Positions 25,098 through 35,409 of a stretch of 64,000 bases of DNA are shown here, piece after piece. This DNA is from a virus. The translations under genes were made by a program, and so were the position numbers. The notes below the pieces were generated by a model. It did no database searches, was not told where the DNA came from, and worked only from the letters and a program-made list of their open reading frames with translations. Numbering within the stretch: position 1 is the first letter of the stretch; every line of letters begins with the position of its first letter. Location: positions 21,777 to 85,776 of IMG/VR virus record IMGVR_UViG_3300046794_000505; one strand, 5' to 3'.

Positions 25098-27890
25098 TCA
25101 CCCCATCAGGGCAGTAATTGGAACGATCACTGCTCTTGAGACAGCACCAACTCCGAAATATTCGGTCTTGGCTGTTGGGGAAGCGCCCGGAATGCGTTTG
25201 ATGATCTTGCCCCAGTTGTTAGGCCATGGGCTGTCACGAAGAATCTTGGCGATCGCGTCATGCTGGTTCGAAATGATCACGCCTTTGCGATCATCCGACA
25301 GCTTGACGCCATAACGCAGCAACGATTCTTTGGCCGTCTGCGCGTAGACCTCGGGATCCGCCTCCATGCCAGATGCCAGCCCGACGAGCTCGCCCAAGGT
25401 CCGATCCAAGTTGCTGCCCTGTGTGCCTAGCACTTTCACCTGCTGACTCATCAACCTGGCCATCAACGAGAATTCATCGCGTTGTTCATTCAGGCTGTTT
25501 TCTTCTTCCCACTCCTGGCCTTCAATCCATTTCTGGGCTTCTTCGATGGTGACCACATTGTTTGAATGCAGCGCATAGGCACCGGCGAGCAACGCCCCAA
25601 TCTGGTCGCCCAAGCGTTGCTGACCCAGAACCCGAGCACCAGCCTTAGCGAAAGTCTTCGCGTTCTCACGGATGATGCCGATCATGCGAATGGAGCGGGC
25701 GTGCAGGCTCTGCACGAATTTGTCAGTCAGCGTCCCGAAGGTCAGCGCCTCCAGTTTGGCGAATTGCTCGGCCCTGGATTCTTGGCTCTGCGATTGATCG
25801 ACACGCAACTGCAGCACTGATACCCGGGTTTTGTCAGAGTATTGATGCACTGCGACACCAATAGATGAGAACGCGAACATGGAACGAATACGGAACGATT
25901 GGTGTTTACCACCAGCGCTGCCTTTCAGGATTTCACCACCAGACTCACTGGACGCCTGGCGCATCAACTGCATGATGTTCTGGATTCGCTGCTGGGCACC
26001 GGCATCCTCACCTTCCGCTTCATCGAAGATCACTGGACGCGCATCGTGGCCGAGGGCTTGCCGGATACCTGCCTCCGTAGTCGAGGACAATGCATTCAGC
26101 GCGAAGCCATCCAAACACCGTGACAGAATGTTGGTGATCGCCCACGACTTACCGGTACCACCGCCACCCGTGAGCCAGATATGCGGACGCCAATCGAGAG
26201 AGCCGCAGATCGCCGCCAGTACAATGAAGCCGGCGAACAGGTAAGCATCGATCGGCTTCTCCCACTGCATCATCTTGCAGATTTCGATCACTTTGTAGGC
26301 TTCGCGGGCGCTCAAGGGGTGGTCGATATCCACCAGCATGCCGCGCGAATGTTCGTAAATATGCCATCCATCCACGTCCCGCAGCTGACAGACAGTGCCA
26401 TCGACGATCAGGTGCGAACCCAGGTGCAGCACCGAGCGCCCACTGTCCCACCAAGCGCCGCGCCCGCGGATGCGATCCGGGTCATAGATACCCTCGGCCT
26501 CGCACATCCGCATCAGGGCATTGACGGCCATGTCCCAAGAAACTCGACTCGTTGCACCAGGATAACGGGCCTCCCAGTGCGAGAGGGGCGCCATGGCCAA
26601 CAGCGCCTGTTTCGAGTGACCGGATGCGGTCAGCTCGTGCACCTGTCGTGAACCCTTGGCCAGATAGAAGAACGACCCGTGGTCATAGCCGAGCGGACGA
26701 TAGGGGTCATCGTCATCGTCGAAAACTTCAAGGTATTCGGCGCTGACCGGCTCTTTGAATTCTTCTTCCTCTTCGAGGCTGACACCATCACCAGCCTCAG
26801 ATTCATACTGATCCGGCACCTCCTCATCGTCGGCGTCTGCATGCGGCAGCGGCTCAAGTGCTTTGCCGGCATGCGCCTTGATATAAGCCAGGGTGTGCAT
26901 GGCATCCCAGCCGTCGATATTGATCGCGTCGGCGATGTCCCAGCCCTCGGGCGAGCCATCGGGCGGCTCAACGCACATGATCCCGGCAACACCGACTTCT
27001 TGCAGTATCTGGACCAGGCCGTTATTCAGCTCGCCGTCACTGTTGAACCAACCGTAAGTCGTCTGATAGCCGGGGATGTCAGCATCGCGCCAGAGAATGA
27101 TCCGGCGCCCGGCCAACGAACTGAAATCAACATGACGAATCGCCTTCCCGCCTCCCGGCCATGAGACGATGGGAATCTGATTGATGACTTCGGTGGCGAC
27201 ATCGACGCACTTCTCGCCCTCGACCAGGAGCACGGGAACCTTGCTGTCGAACTGCACCAGATTGTCGAGGCCATAGAGCGGACGTGGTTTCGGGAACGAG
27301 AGCCAGCGCCAAGCTTCACGGTTGTCCTCAGTATTGCGCGCCCACACCAACGGCATTGGCTCTTTCTTCCCGGTAACTGGGTGCAAAAACCGCACGACAT
27401 AGCCGATCAATTGGCTGCCCATGTCGCGATAGGGGTAAATCTTCTGGATCGGAAACTCTATCCATTCATTTTCGATCATGCGTCGATAAATGAATGTCGG
27501 CTCGGGGACGCCGGCCGGTGCCGGAATGATCGGCTCCCACTCAGGCTGTGCATTCATCTTCACCGAGTCGCGTTGCATCGGCGTCAGATTATTCACTTGG
27601 CGCAGATCACCACCAGATAGCACCTTACAGGCATCGACAAAACTCATCTGCTCGAAGTCGATAACAAACCGAATTGCATCGCCACTCGCACCACAACCGA
27701 AGCAGTAATACATCTGCTTGTCCGGAACCACCTTGAAACTTGGCGACTTTTCTTTGTGGAATGGGCAACAGGCTTCCCACTCCTTGCCGGACTTTTTCAG
27801 GTCGACGCCATAACCGGCGATCACCTCTTTGATGTCGACCGCGGCCAGGATTTTTTCCCGGTCAATGCGGGGTAGCTCTTTTCTTGCCAT
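25098..27890 (-). CDS. DNA primase-helicase (CHC2 zinc finger + TOPRIM + P-loop NTPase)
   Basis: CPFH...CFGC; VEGEK/WPGG/DAD TOPRIM motifs; GGGGTGKS Walker A; IFDEAE Walker B. Confidence 0.88.
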   Translation of the reverse strand: MARKELPRIDREKILAAVDIKEVIAGYGVDLKKSGKEWEACCPFHKEKSPSFKVVPDKQMYYCFGCGASGDAIRFVIDFEQMSFVDACKVLSGGDLRQVNNLTPMQRDSVKMNAQPEWEPIIPAPAGVPEPTFIYRRMIENEWIEFPIQKIYPYRDMGSQLIGYVVRFLHPVTGKKEPMPLVWARNTEDNREAWRWLSFPKPRPLYGLDNLVQFDSKVPVLLVEGEKCVDVATEVINQIPIVSWPGGGKAIRHVDFSSLAGRRIILWRDADIPGYQTTYGWFNSDGELNNGLVQILQEVGVAGIMCVEPPDGSPEGWDIADAINIDGWDAMHTLAYIKAHAGKALEPLPHADADDEEVPDQYESEAGDGVSLEEEEEFKEPVSAEYLEVFDDDDDPYRPLGYDHGSFFYLAKGSRQVHELTASGHSKQALLAMAPLSHWEARYPGATSRVSWDMAVNALMRMCEAEGIYDPDRIRGRGAWWDSGRSVLHLGSHLIVDGTVCQLRDVDGWHIYEHSRGMLVDIDHPLSAREAYKVIEICKMMQWEKPIDAYLFAGFIVLAAICGSLDWRPHIWLTGGGGTGKSWAITNILSRCLDGFALNALSSTTEAGIRQALGHDARPVIFDEAEGEDAGAQQRIQNIMQLMRQASSESGGEILKGSAGGKHQSFRIRSMFAFSSIGVAVHQYSDKTRVSVLQLRVDQSQSQESRAEQFAKLEALTFGTLTDKFVQSLHARSIRMIGIIRENAKTFAKAGARVLGQQRLGDQIGALLAGAYALHSNNVVTIEEAQKWIEGQEWEEENSLNEQRDEFSLMARLMSQQVKVLGTQGSNLDRTLGELVGLASGMEADPEVYAQTAKESLLRYGVKLSDDRKGVIISNQHDAIAKILRDSPWPNNWGKIIKRIPGASPTAKTEYFGVGAVSRAVIVPITALMG

Positions 27891-27894
27891 GACG

Positions 27895-28335
27895 CTACTT
27901 CCCTTGTTGTTGGTCGTCGTAAGGCCAGGAGTCAATAACAGCCTGAGCCTGCTCGGGACTTTTGGCGAAGCCTGCGATCCCGCCGTAGAAACGGATTCGC
28001 TCCACGAAGGTTTTCTGATGCTTCTTCGCCACGCCCTTGAGGTCTTTGACCTCGATCACGGTGTAAACAGCGATCTTCCTGCCCATCAACCGCTCGGCCC
28101 ACTCCGGGGTCATGGTGATGGTGGTCCATCCGTTGAGGTCGCTGGCGCCGGTCAGCAGCTCACCATCCGACTTGGTCAACCCAGCCCTGAGCGGCCTGAA
28201 GGTGGTGCCCACCAGCATGTTTTTGACACGCTTGAAATTTCCAACCCAGCCCATGCCCGTGGTCAGTTTGAACAGCCGGGTTGCGCCGTTGGAGCAGGCA
28301 AGCATGATTTCCTTGACGACATTCGTTTCACTCAT
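27895..28335 (-). CDS. VRR-NUC family nuclease
   Basis: 'G.SDL.G...IEVKD.KG....Q..F...I...GGIAGFA.S'. Confidence 0.8.
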   Translation of the reverse strand: MSETNVVKEIMLACSNGATRLFKLTTGMGWVGNFKRVKNMLVGTTFRPLRAGLTKSDGELLTGASDLNGWTTITMTPEWAERLMGRKIAVYTVIEVKDLKGVAKKHQKTFVERIRFYGGIAGFAKSPEQAQAVIDSWPYDDQQQGK

Positions 28336-29798
28336 GCCTTGGCAGCCTGTTTTGCTTGACGTCCATGGAGGATGTGCCGCGCCCATGCATGCGGATTTTT
28401 GTAACGCTTCTGTTTGGCCAGTTCGACCAGCTCCTCAAGCGTTTTCGCCTGACTCTGTTCGTAGGCACGGTTACGTTTCATCTGCGCCGCCTGCTCGGCC
28501 TCCACGCGCTGCAACTCACCATCGACCTCGTCAACTACTCGGCCTTTGAATTCGACCGCAGTACCACAGTTCGGACAACTCGGCGCTGGCGCGAAGGTCA
28601 CCCAGCAGGTATCACACTGGAGCACCCGGATATTGATTTCGTTTTTCTTCCCGGTGCGCGTCACTTCACCACTGAGGGACCATTCGCGATCCTCTTCGGG
28701 GAGGCCATGCTTGGCACAGTTGCCAACATGGTCCAGCACGATGGCCCGGTCCTGGCCTTCGAACGGACGCAGGATGCGCCCAACTTGCTGCATGTGCAGG
28801 CCAGTACTCTGCGTTGGCCGCAGCAGGATCCCGCAACCCACTACCGGGATGTCGGTACCTTCGGAAACGATATCACAGCTGCTCAACCCGTCCAGACGCC
28901 CAGTGGTCAGGCCATGAATCAGCGAGCGGCGCTGTGCGCTGTGCATGGTGCCGTCGATTGACTGGAACTTCCAGCCGGCAGAGCGGAAGTCGGCCGCCAC
29001 GTGTTCGGCATGCGAGACGGACACGCAGAAGGCCAATGCCTGAAGGCCTGGGCAGAGCTTGCCATAATGCTTCACGGCGGAACCGGTAATAACGGGTTTG
29101 TCGACCGCTTCCACCAGTTCTTTCTGGATGAAGTCCTTGCCGCCACCGCCATGCCGAACCCCGGTCAGGTCAAGAGCAGTGGGCGGCGCATAGACAGTCG
29201 ATGGCAGCAAGAACCCCAGTCGAATCAGTTCGCTCATTGACGGCCCGACCACCATGTCGTTGAACAGGCCTCCATGGTCTACACCCAGACCTTTACCATC
29301 GGAGCGGATCGGCGTCGCCGTCACCCCGAGAATTCGCGCTTGATCATAGAACCCGAGGATCTTGCCCCACGTATTGTCCTTCTGACAGTGGTGCGCCTCA
29401 TCCGGGATGATCAGATCGGGCGACCAGGTCGTTGACAGCCGATTGACCAAAGTCCCAACGCTGGCGATCGCGATTTTCGCCGTTTCACTCAGGTACAGGC
29501 GACCCAGCTCGCTCAGCTGCTGATGCTGGATCTCGCGGATATGGTCGGTCTGAGCGATCAGGTAATGCTTCAGACCCATCTTCGCCAGCGACATCGAGGC
29601 CTGCATCAGCAGCTCTTTACGGTGCACCAGAATCAGGACTTTATTCTGTTTTTTCGTCGCGCCATCGGCTACATAGCTGAACGTAAAAGTCTTACCCCCG
29701 CCGGTTGGCAGCACATACAGAACAGCCCTGTTCTTAGCCTGGAATGAACGCCGTATCGCATCCACCCCGGCCGCTTGATACGGCCTGAGTTGAATCAT
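28332..29798 (-). CDS. SF2 DEAD/DEAH-box helicase
   Basis: LRPYQ, PTGGGKT, DEAHH, TATP, EGTDIP, QQVGRILR, C-terminal zinc ribbon. Confidence 0.92.
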   Translation of the reverse strand: MIQLRPYQAAGVDAIRRSFQAKNRAVLYVLPTGGGKTFTFSYVADGATKKQNKVLILVHRKELLMQASMSLAKMGLKHYLIAQTDHIREIQHQQLSELGRLYLSETAKIAIASVGTLVNRLSTTWSPDLIIPDEAHHCQKDNTWGKILGFYDQARILGVTATPIRSDGKGLGVDHGGLFNDMVVGPSMSELIRLGFLLPSTVYAPPTALDLTGVRHGGGGKDFIQKELVEAVDKPVITGSAVKHYGKLCPGLQALAFCVSVSHAEHVAADFRSAGWKFQSIDGTMHSAQRRSLIHGLTTGRLDGLSSCDIVSEGTDIPVVGCGILLRPTQSTGLHMQQVGRILRPFEGQDRAIVLDHVGNCAKHGLPEEDREWSLSGEVTRTGKKNEINIRVLQCDTCWVTFAPAPSCPNCGTAVEFKGRVVDEVDGELQRVEAEQAAQMKRNRAYEQSQAKTLEELVELAKQKRYKNPHAWARHILHGRQAKQAAKA

Positions 29799-30112
29799 TC
29801 ATCGCGCCCCTGTTCCTCCTCAGTGGCCTCGCGGGCTCTGTTTCGTGCGAGCGCTTCCTCCGTATCTGCGGAATTGATCAGATCGAGATGCACCAGGTGC
29901 GCTTCGATCATGTTCTGATTACGTTGCTGCACCATCTTGATCAGTGCGCAGATCATCAGGTCATAGGTGCGTTGGCTGCACCCGGTTTTTTGCCGGCGTA
30001 ACACGGCGATTGTAGACGGAGAGACACCCGCCAACACACAAACCTCCTTTACGGCAAATCCTGCGCTATCCACTTTCTGCAGGAGGTCAGAAGCTAAGTT
30101 CATGATTTTCAC
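29795..30112 (-). CDS. HTH transcriptional regulator (Cro-like position)
   Basis: 'VKEVCVLAGVSPSTIA'; first gene of the leftward operon. Confidence 0.6.
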   Translation of the reverse strand: MKIMNLASDLLQKVDSAGFAVKEVCVLAGVSPSTIAVLRRQKTGCSQRTYDLMICALIKMVQQRNQNMIEAHLVHLDLINSADTEEALARNRAREATEEEQGRDE

Positions 30113-30135
30113 CTTGTATTTTCCAGTTTTGCTCC

Positions 30136-30151
30136 TGACGGAACACCGTCA
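30136..30151. promoter_or_regulatory. palindromic operator TGACGG-AACA-CCGTCA
   Basis: Perfect 6-bp inverted repeat overlapping a leftward TTGACG box. Confidence 0.5.
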
Positions 30152-30213
30152 AGATTTAATGATTATGGGCCACTGGATTTACAATTTGCAAACGCTAACG
30201 TCAAAAAACTAGC

Positions 30214-30242
30214 TTGCAAGGTGCAAAATTGTTGCCCATAAT
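30214..30242 (+). promoter_or_regulatory. sigma70-type promoter
   Basis: TTGCAA-N17-CATAAT. Confidence 0.6.
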
Positions 30243-30280
30243 CGCGCCAGTCGGGACTAATTTGAATTTCGAGCGCGGAT

Positions 30281-31132
30281 ATGGCCACAGACGAGACGAT
30301 CATCAGGTGCAGCGGATTGCCTGCTTATATGGACTGCAATCGCCGGGCGGCGGCCAAGCTGTTTCAGGGTGAGGTAGAGGCCGCTGGCTACGAACTGCGC
30401 CAGCTGGCCGCTTCTGTCGGTTCCGCACTGGGCACCTCTGCGCACTATGGCATTGAGGTGGTGCTGACCAACAAGATCTATAACGGTCAGCTGGGCAGCG
30501 TTGATGATGCCTGCAATGCGGCCGTGGACAAGTTCAGCGAAGAGATCACCGACGGCGTCATCTGGGATGACACCACTCCGAGCTTGAACGCCGCAATTGT
30601 TCAGCTACGGCGCCAAGTGCAAGCCTATATGCCCCTGGCTGCCCTGCTGGACCCGAAGGCCGTGGAAATTTCACTCTCAGCCGATATCGGTGATGGGTTT
30701 ACACTTGCCGGCCACATCGACATTTTGGAAAACAACGGCGCGATTCGCGACGAGAAATACGGCGCCCGGGAAGGCCAGTTCTGGCTGCAACTGGGAGGCT
30801 ATGCCTTGCTGGCGATATCGGCCGGACATGAGGTCAACAGCCTCAACGTCGACTGGATCCCCCGCGTTGGCAAAACGAAACACCAACCACCGGTTACCAC
30901 TACCACTTATCCCCTGCAACAGGCCCAGACCGATGCCTATCAGGTGATTCAGCGGATCAAAATGGACGTTGGGTTATTCCGCCAAGACCCCGACAGGCTG
31001 TATCAGTCCTTCCCGGCAAACCCCATGAGCATGCTGTGCTCGGACAAGTATTGTCCGGCTCACGGTACTGAGTTCTGTAATGCCTGGAAATATCAGGTCG
31101 CCAAACCCAAAGACGAGGAATTCCCCGTATGA
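30281..31132 (+). CDS. PD-(D/E)XK exonuclease (RecB/Cas4-like)
   Basis: C.RR, GT.AH, LAGHID, IRDEKYG, QLGGY, CSDKYCP...C. Confidence 0.8.
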   Translation: MATDETIIRCSGLPAYMDCNRRAAAKLFQGEVEAAGYELRQLAASVGSALGTSAHYGIEVVLTNKIYNGQLGSVDDACNAAVDKFSEEITDGVIWDDTTPSLNAAIVQLRRQVQAYMPLAALLDPKAVEISLSADIGDGFTLAGHIDILENNGAIRDEKYGAREGQFWLQLGGYALLAISAGHEVNSLNVDWIPRVGKTKHQPPVTTTTYPLQQAQTDAYQVIQRIKMDVGLFRQDPDRLYQSFPANPMSMLCSDKYCPAHGTEFCNAWKYQVAKPKDEEFPV

Positions 31133-32283
31133 GCAATGAAGTGGCAAAAACCGGCCAGATGGTCAACCCCTACGCGCTTCAGCAAGGCGGGAAACTGCCG
31201 GATAGCGTGAATGCCGGCACCGTAACGATCGAAGTGCAACGGGCGATCGCCGAGGTTCAGGCCAAGCTGATGATCGCCAAAGCGATGCCGCGCGATCCGG
31301 TCGCCGCCTGGGAGAAGGTCATGAAAGCATGCGCGTTGCCGGGCATGGCTGAAGCGGCGTTCTACTCTTACAAGCGTGGCGGACAAGAGGTGACCGGCCC
31401 ATCGATCCGCCTGGCCGAGGCGCTGGCCAGCGCTTGGGGAAACATCGACTACGGCATGCGCGAGCTGTCGAACAAGGACGGCGTGACCGAACTCGAGGCG
31501 TATGCCTGGGATCTGGAAACCAACACTCTGACCACCCAGCGTTTCACCGTCCAGCACAAACGCGACACCAAAGGCGGTGGCTACGCCCTGACCGATCAGC
31601 GTGACATCTATGAGCTGGGGGCCAACATGGGTGCACGACGCATGCGCGCACGGATCTTGGCCGTATTGCCGGCCGATATCGTCAAGGCAGCTGAAGAGAA
31701 ATGCCGCCAGACCTTGGCCGGTGGCGGCGGTGTGCCAATCGAAGAACGCGTGAAAAAGATGCTGACCGCATTCGGAACTCACGGAATTTCGCAGAAGCAC
31801 ATCGAAGCACGCCTGGGTAAAAAACTCGCCGACGTGCTGCCGGATGACTTGGTATTGCTGATCGGGATTCACAACTCGATCAAAGACGGAAACGTCACCG
31901 CTTCCGAAGCGTTCGAAGCAAAAACCGAACAACCCCTGGTTAAAGATCCGACACCGGAAAAACCAACGACAACCACCACATCTCCTGCTGCTACTGGCGA
32001 AAACACCGGAGGCGCGATCAAAGATCCAGCGCCCGCTCGCGCACGGCAGACCCGCGCAAGACCAGCGGATAAGCCGGCAGATACCACACCGCTGAATGTC
32101 GAAAACGCCAATCAGGACCAGCTACAGGATCAGGGTCAATTACAGAACCAAGATCAATCCGGCGCCGGTGATCCACCACTTGAAAATCCGGCTGAAGATC
32201 TGGGTTCACTGTTCGGCGGCGATGACAGTCAATCATCAGACCCTGATCAAGATGCTGAAAACGACGACGATTCACCGTTCTAA
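31129..32283 (+). CDS. putative ssDNA-annealing recombinase
   Basis: 'AKAMPRD...FYSYKRGG..VTGPSIRLAE.LA.AWGN' family; acidic tail ending DDDSPF; coupled to exonuclease. Confidence 0.6.
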   Translation: MSNEVAKTGQMVNPYALQQGGKLPDSVNAGTVTIEVQRAIAEVQAKLMIAKAMPRDPVAAWEKVMKACALPGMAEAAFYSYKRGGQEVTGPSIRLAEALASAWGNIDYGMRELSNKDGVTELEAYAWDLETNTLTTQRFTVQHKRDTKGGGYALTDQRDIYELGANMGARRMRARILAVLPADIVKAAEEKCRQTLAGGGGVPIEERVKKMLTAFGTHGISQKHIEARLGKKLADVLPDDLVLLIGIHNSIKDGNVTASEAFEAKTEQPLVKDPTPEKPTTTTTSPAATGENTGGAIKDPAPARARQTRARPADKPADTTPLNVENANQDQLQDQGQLQNQDQSGAGDPPLENPAEDLGSLFGGDDSQSSDPDQDAENDDDSPF

Positions 32284-32345
32284 CACCACCATCTATCACA
32301 AGCACCGCCGGGCACGCTGCCCGGCTGGCGTAGGGGAGCACCTGA

Positions 32346-34049
32346 ATGTTAGCCAGAATTGAAAACTTCCGAGGGATTCGCCGCGGCGATTTCCAGATCA
32401 AAGGCCTGACGCTGATCGGCGCCGATAACTATGCGGGCAAATCATCGCTGGCCCAGGCAGTGGGGGCAGCTCTAACTGGTCGCCCGTTACCACTCAAAGG
32501 CATGACCAAGGCCATGGCCGGCCTGCTGGTCCGCAGCGGTGCCACCAAGGCATTTGTCGAAGTGGCTACCGATGACAACGAAAGCATGGTCCGGATCAAC
32601 TGGCCAAAAGCCGAAGTGTCCACAGAAGGCCCGCGACCACCGACCGCCACCGAATGGGCGACCGGCCTGATCAGCTTGGCCAACATGGACCCAACCGAGC
32701 GCAGCATCGCGCTGACCGACTTCCTGCAAGCAGTACCTAGCAAAGCCGACCTGGCCGCCGAGCTGAAGAAGGCGGAAATCTCCGAGAAGGCCACCGAACA
32801 GTTGTGGGCCATGATCACGGAATTTGGCTGGGAGGAATCCGAGCGCAAGGCCCGCGACAAAGGCAAGGATTACAAATTCCAATGGAAGAACATCACCGGC
32901 GAAAACTGGGGCAGCAAAAAAGGCGAGAGTTATGTCCCGGCCGACTGGGATTACGAGCTCGACAAGGACGGCACCAGCCTCGAGCAGCTGCAGATCGACG
33001 TCGACAATTACAAAGCCGAACTGGAGTCGGCGATCGCCGCCAGTGCTGTCGACTTCGCGGAGTACTCGCGTCTACAAGAGCTGGCCGACGCCGAAACAGT
33101 TCTACATGACGCGCTGGATGAAATCGCCAGTCGCTTAAAGGCTGCTCGCGAAGCCGAAGATGTCGCCAACCAGGCGGTAACCGACAACCCGATGCCGTCG
33201 GCCCGACCGACCACCGTTGATTGCCCGCACTGTGCGAAACCGCTCATCGTTCGGGGCGGACAGCTGCACAAGGTGGAGGACACGCTATCGCCGGAGAAAT
33301 TCGCCGAGATGCAAACCGCCCACATGGACGCCCGCAATGCTGCTGCCACCGCCCGCGAGCTATCGCAGACTATCGGTGGTGAGCATAGCGTCGCTCAGTC
33401 GAAACTCAACGAAGCCAAAGACGCGCAGGCCAAGGTTTTTGCCATTGACGAAGCGGCTGAGGCCGGTGCTGACGAGACCAACCAGGTGGACGTCGAAGGT
33501 GCCCGCGCTAACTTGTCCAACGCCGAAAGCCGTTTCAATTCATTCAAGAAGAAACACGATGCCGACCGGATTAACGCGGCGATCGAGAAAAACCAACTGG
33601 TGGTCGATATCCTGGCGCCCAGTGGCCTTCGCCTGAATGTCCTGTACACCGCCGTGCGCAAGTTCTGCGATGAGTGGGTGAAACCATTGATCAAGGCGTC
33701 GGGCTTCCCGTCGGTGGCGATCGATCGCGAACTGTCGTTGACCTTGGGCGACCGCGTGTACCTGATGCTGTCTGAAGCCGAGAAATACATTGTCCGTGTG
33801 GTGCTCCAGACGGCCATGGCGATGAAGCTCGGCGATACGGTGATGGTGATTGATGCGGCCGACATCCTGATGCGCAGCGGCCGCAACAGCCTGGTGAAAA
33901 TGCTGGTTCATTCCGCCATTGATACCCTGCTGTTCATGTCGCTGGGATCAATCTCTGACCTCCCGGACTTGGCCAAATCCGGCAAAGGCAACTCCTACTG
34001 GATCAATGAGGGGGAAGTTGTTGAACGGGTTGCCGTCATAGCTGCCTAG
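32346..34049 (+). CDS. Rad50/SMC-like ABC ATPase
   Basis: GADNYAGKSS Walker A, coiled coils with central CPHC hook, LSEAEK signature, VIDAAD. Confidence 0.75.
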   Translation: MLARIENFRGIRRGDFQIKGLTLIGADNYAGKSSLAQAVGAALTGRPLPLKGMTKAMAGLLVRSGATKAFVEVATDDNESMVRINWPKAEVSTEGPRPPTATEWATGLISLANMDPTERSIALTDFLQAVPSKADLAAELKKAEISEKATEQLWAMITEFGWEESERKARDKGKDYKFQWKNITGENWGSKKGESYVPADWDYELDKDGTSLEQLQIDVDNYKAELESAIAASAVDFAEYSRLQELADAETVLHDALDEIASRLKAAREAEDVANQAVTDNPMPSARPTTVDCPHCAKPLIVRGGQLHKVEDTLSPEKFAEMQTAHMDARNAAATARELSQTIGGEHSVAQSKLNEAKDAQAKVFAIDEAAEAGADETNQVDVEGARANLSNAESRFNSFKKKHDADRINAAIEKNQLVVDILAPSGLRLNVLYTAVRKFCDEWVKPLIKASGFPSVAIDRELSLTLGDRVYLMLSEAEKYIVRVVLQTAMAMKLGDTVMVIDAADILMRSGRNSLVKMLVHSAIDTLLFMSLGSISDLPDLAKSGKGNSYWINEGEVVERVAVIAA

Positions 34050-34112
34050 CAGTCGTTGTTGGGCGCCTAAGTATAGGCGCCCGGCATGCCAATGGAGAAG
34101 AGCGCCCGGGCA

Positions 34113-34128
34113 GTCGTGCCAACAGAAT
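34113..34128 (+). promoter_or_regulatory. putative late promoter element GTCGTGCC-AA-CAGAAT
   Basis: Motif copy, intergenic, upstream of 34160. Confidence 0.55.
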
Positions 34129-34159
34129 TGGGTGTCTCTAACAGAGCGAGGGGAACTAC

Positions 34160-34498
34160 GTGGCTCACAGAAAGATAAAAGACTTGGCCGTTAAGGTTGG
34201 GGAGTATGAATCACAAGGTGAAAAAAAGAGCAGATGGCACAATGTCGGGGCACTGATGGATGATGGAAATGGCGGTCAATACCTGATGCTGGATCGCTTC
34301 TTTAACCCGGCTGGCGTCCCGAATCCTGAGGGTCGTGCCTCATTGCTGATCTCGATGTTTGACCCTAAAGACCAGCGGACAGAAACGCGACCACAAGCAA
34401 CCCCGCAACGGACACCGGCCCAGCGCCCGACACCACAGCAACCACGACCACAAGCGCCACCACCCCAGAATAGAAAAGATGATGATGTGCCGTTCTAG
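34160..34498 (+). CDS. putative single-stranded DNA-binding protein
   Basis: Small OB-like body, Pro/Gln linker, C-terminal DDDVPF. Confidence 0.65.
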   Translation: MAHRKIKDLAVKVGEYESQGEKKSRWHNVGALMDDGNGGQYLMLDRFFNPAGVPNPEGRASLLISMFDPKDQRTETRPQATPQRTPAQRPTPQQPRPQAPPPQNRKDDDVPF

Positions 34499-34526
34499 CC
34501 ATTCACCAGCACAAAGGATGCAGCAG

Positions 34527-34805
34527 ATGTCGAATGATTTGAGAGACCGGTGCGTCGCCAGCATGACCGCCGCCGGACATACACAGAAAGCCGCGAATCA
34601 TATCTTCACCGAGATTATGAATGATGTGGCCACCACTCTACTCTCCGAAGGAAAAGCGGTGCTGCCAGGCGTGGGCACCCTGAAGAAATATCGCCGCAAC
34701 GCCCGAAAGGGCTATGACATTCAGGCTGGCACCATGGGCGAGATCCCTGAAACCAACGCCATCAAGTTCATCCCCGCGAAACAGATTCGCGAAGCTTTGA
34801 ACTGA
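34527..34805 (+). CDS. HU/IHF-family DNA-binding protein
   Basis: 'TQKAA...L..G.AVLPGVGTL...R.AR.G.....G..EIPE...IKF.PAK.IREALN'. Confidence 0.8.
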   Translation: MSNDLRDRCVASMTAAGHTQKAANHIFTEIMNDVATTLLSEGKAVLPGVGTLKKYRRNARKGYDIQAGTMGEIPETNAIKFIPAKQIREALN

Positions 34806-34819
34806 TCAGTATCATCCAT

Positions 34820-34849
34820 AAAAAATGGGCACCTGTTATGGCGCCCATT
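34820..34849 (-). terminator. rho-independent terminator ending the lysis/tail operon
   Basis: AATGGGCGCC-ATAACA-GGTGCCCATT plus T run. Confidence 0.65.
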
Positions 34850-34875
34850 CGGAATGAAACACTCCCCGCACAACA

Positions 34876-35409
34876 TTATTTTGTCGGCGGCGTGCTCTGT
34901 GCAAGCAGGACGTCTTTGGCTTGGCTTCCATGGCTTGAGCCAAAGTAGAAAGAAAGGATGAGCATCAGGCCGTCACGAAGCGTGGCGATAAGGTCGTTGG
35001 CGGTCCCATCCGTTGGTATCCCGACGCCGGTCAGCTTCAGTCCAGTGATGATGCAAAACCCCAGTACAAACAGCCATGCGAGCACTGGCAATGTGTAGGA
35101 CTTGGTGCTGACCTGCATCGACCGAGCATTGGCGCGGTCCGACACTTCGGCTGAATATTGATCCGTTTCGAATTTCAGCTGTAACCCGAGCATCGTCTCT
35201 TGATGCGTCTCTTCGAACTGCTTGGCCTTGAGCGCAGCGTCTGCGTTAGCCGTCAGTGCATTCAGGATGTCGTTCGGGTCAGCACTCTTGGCGCCCAGTG
35301 CCGAAGCCAGGGCCGTTCCGATCGCTGCACCTCCGGGGATCGGCAGCACCGCGCCGAGCAACGGCAACCCAACGCGGGCGAGTTCACCACCGAGATCTTT
35401 CCAGTCCAT
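34876..35409 (-). CDS. putative holin-like membrane protein
   Basis: '..DRANARSM...TM...ILSFYFGSSHGS..KD'; coupled to endolysin. Confidence 0.65.
   Translation of the reverse strand: MDWKDLGGELARVGLPLLGAVLPIPGGAAIGTALASALGAKSADPNDILNALTANADAALKAKQFEETHQETMLGLQLKFETDQYSAEVSDRANARSMQVSTKSYTLPVLAWLFVLGFCIITGLKLTGVGIPTDGTANDLIATLRDGLMLILSFYFGSSHGSQAKDVLLAQSTPPTK

Noticed and set aside
30281-31132. Cas4 / CRISPR system
   Set aside because: No repeat-spacer array or other cas genes seen; the context is a recombination operon.
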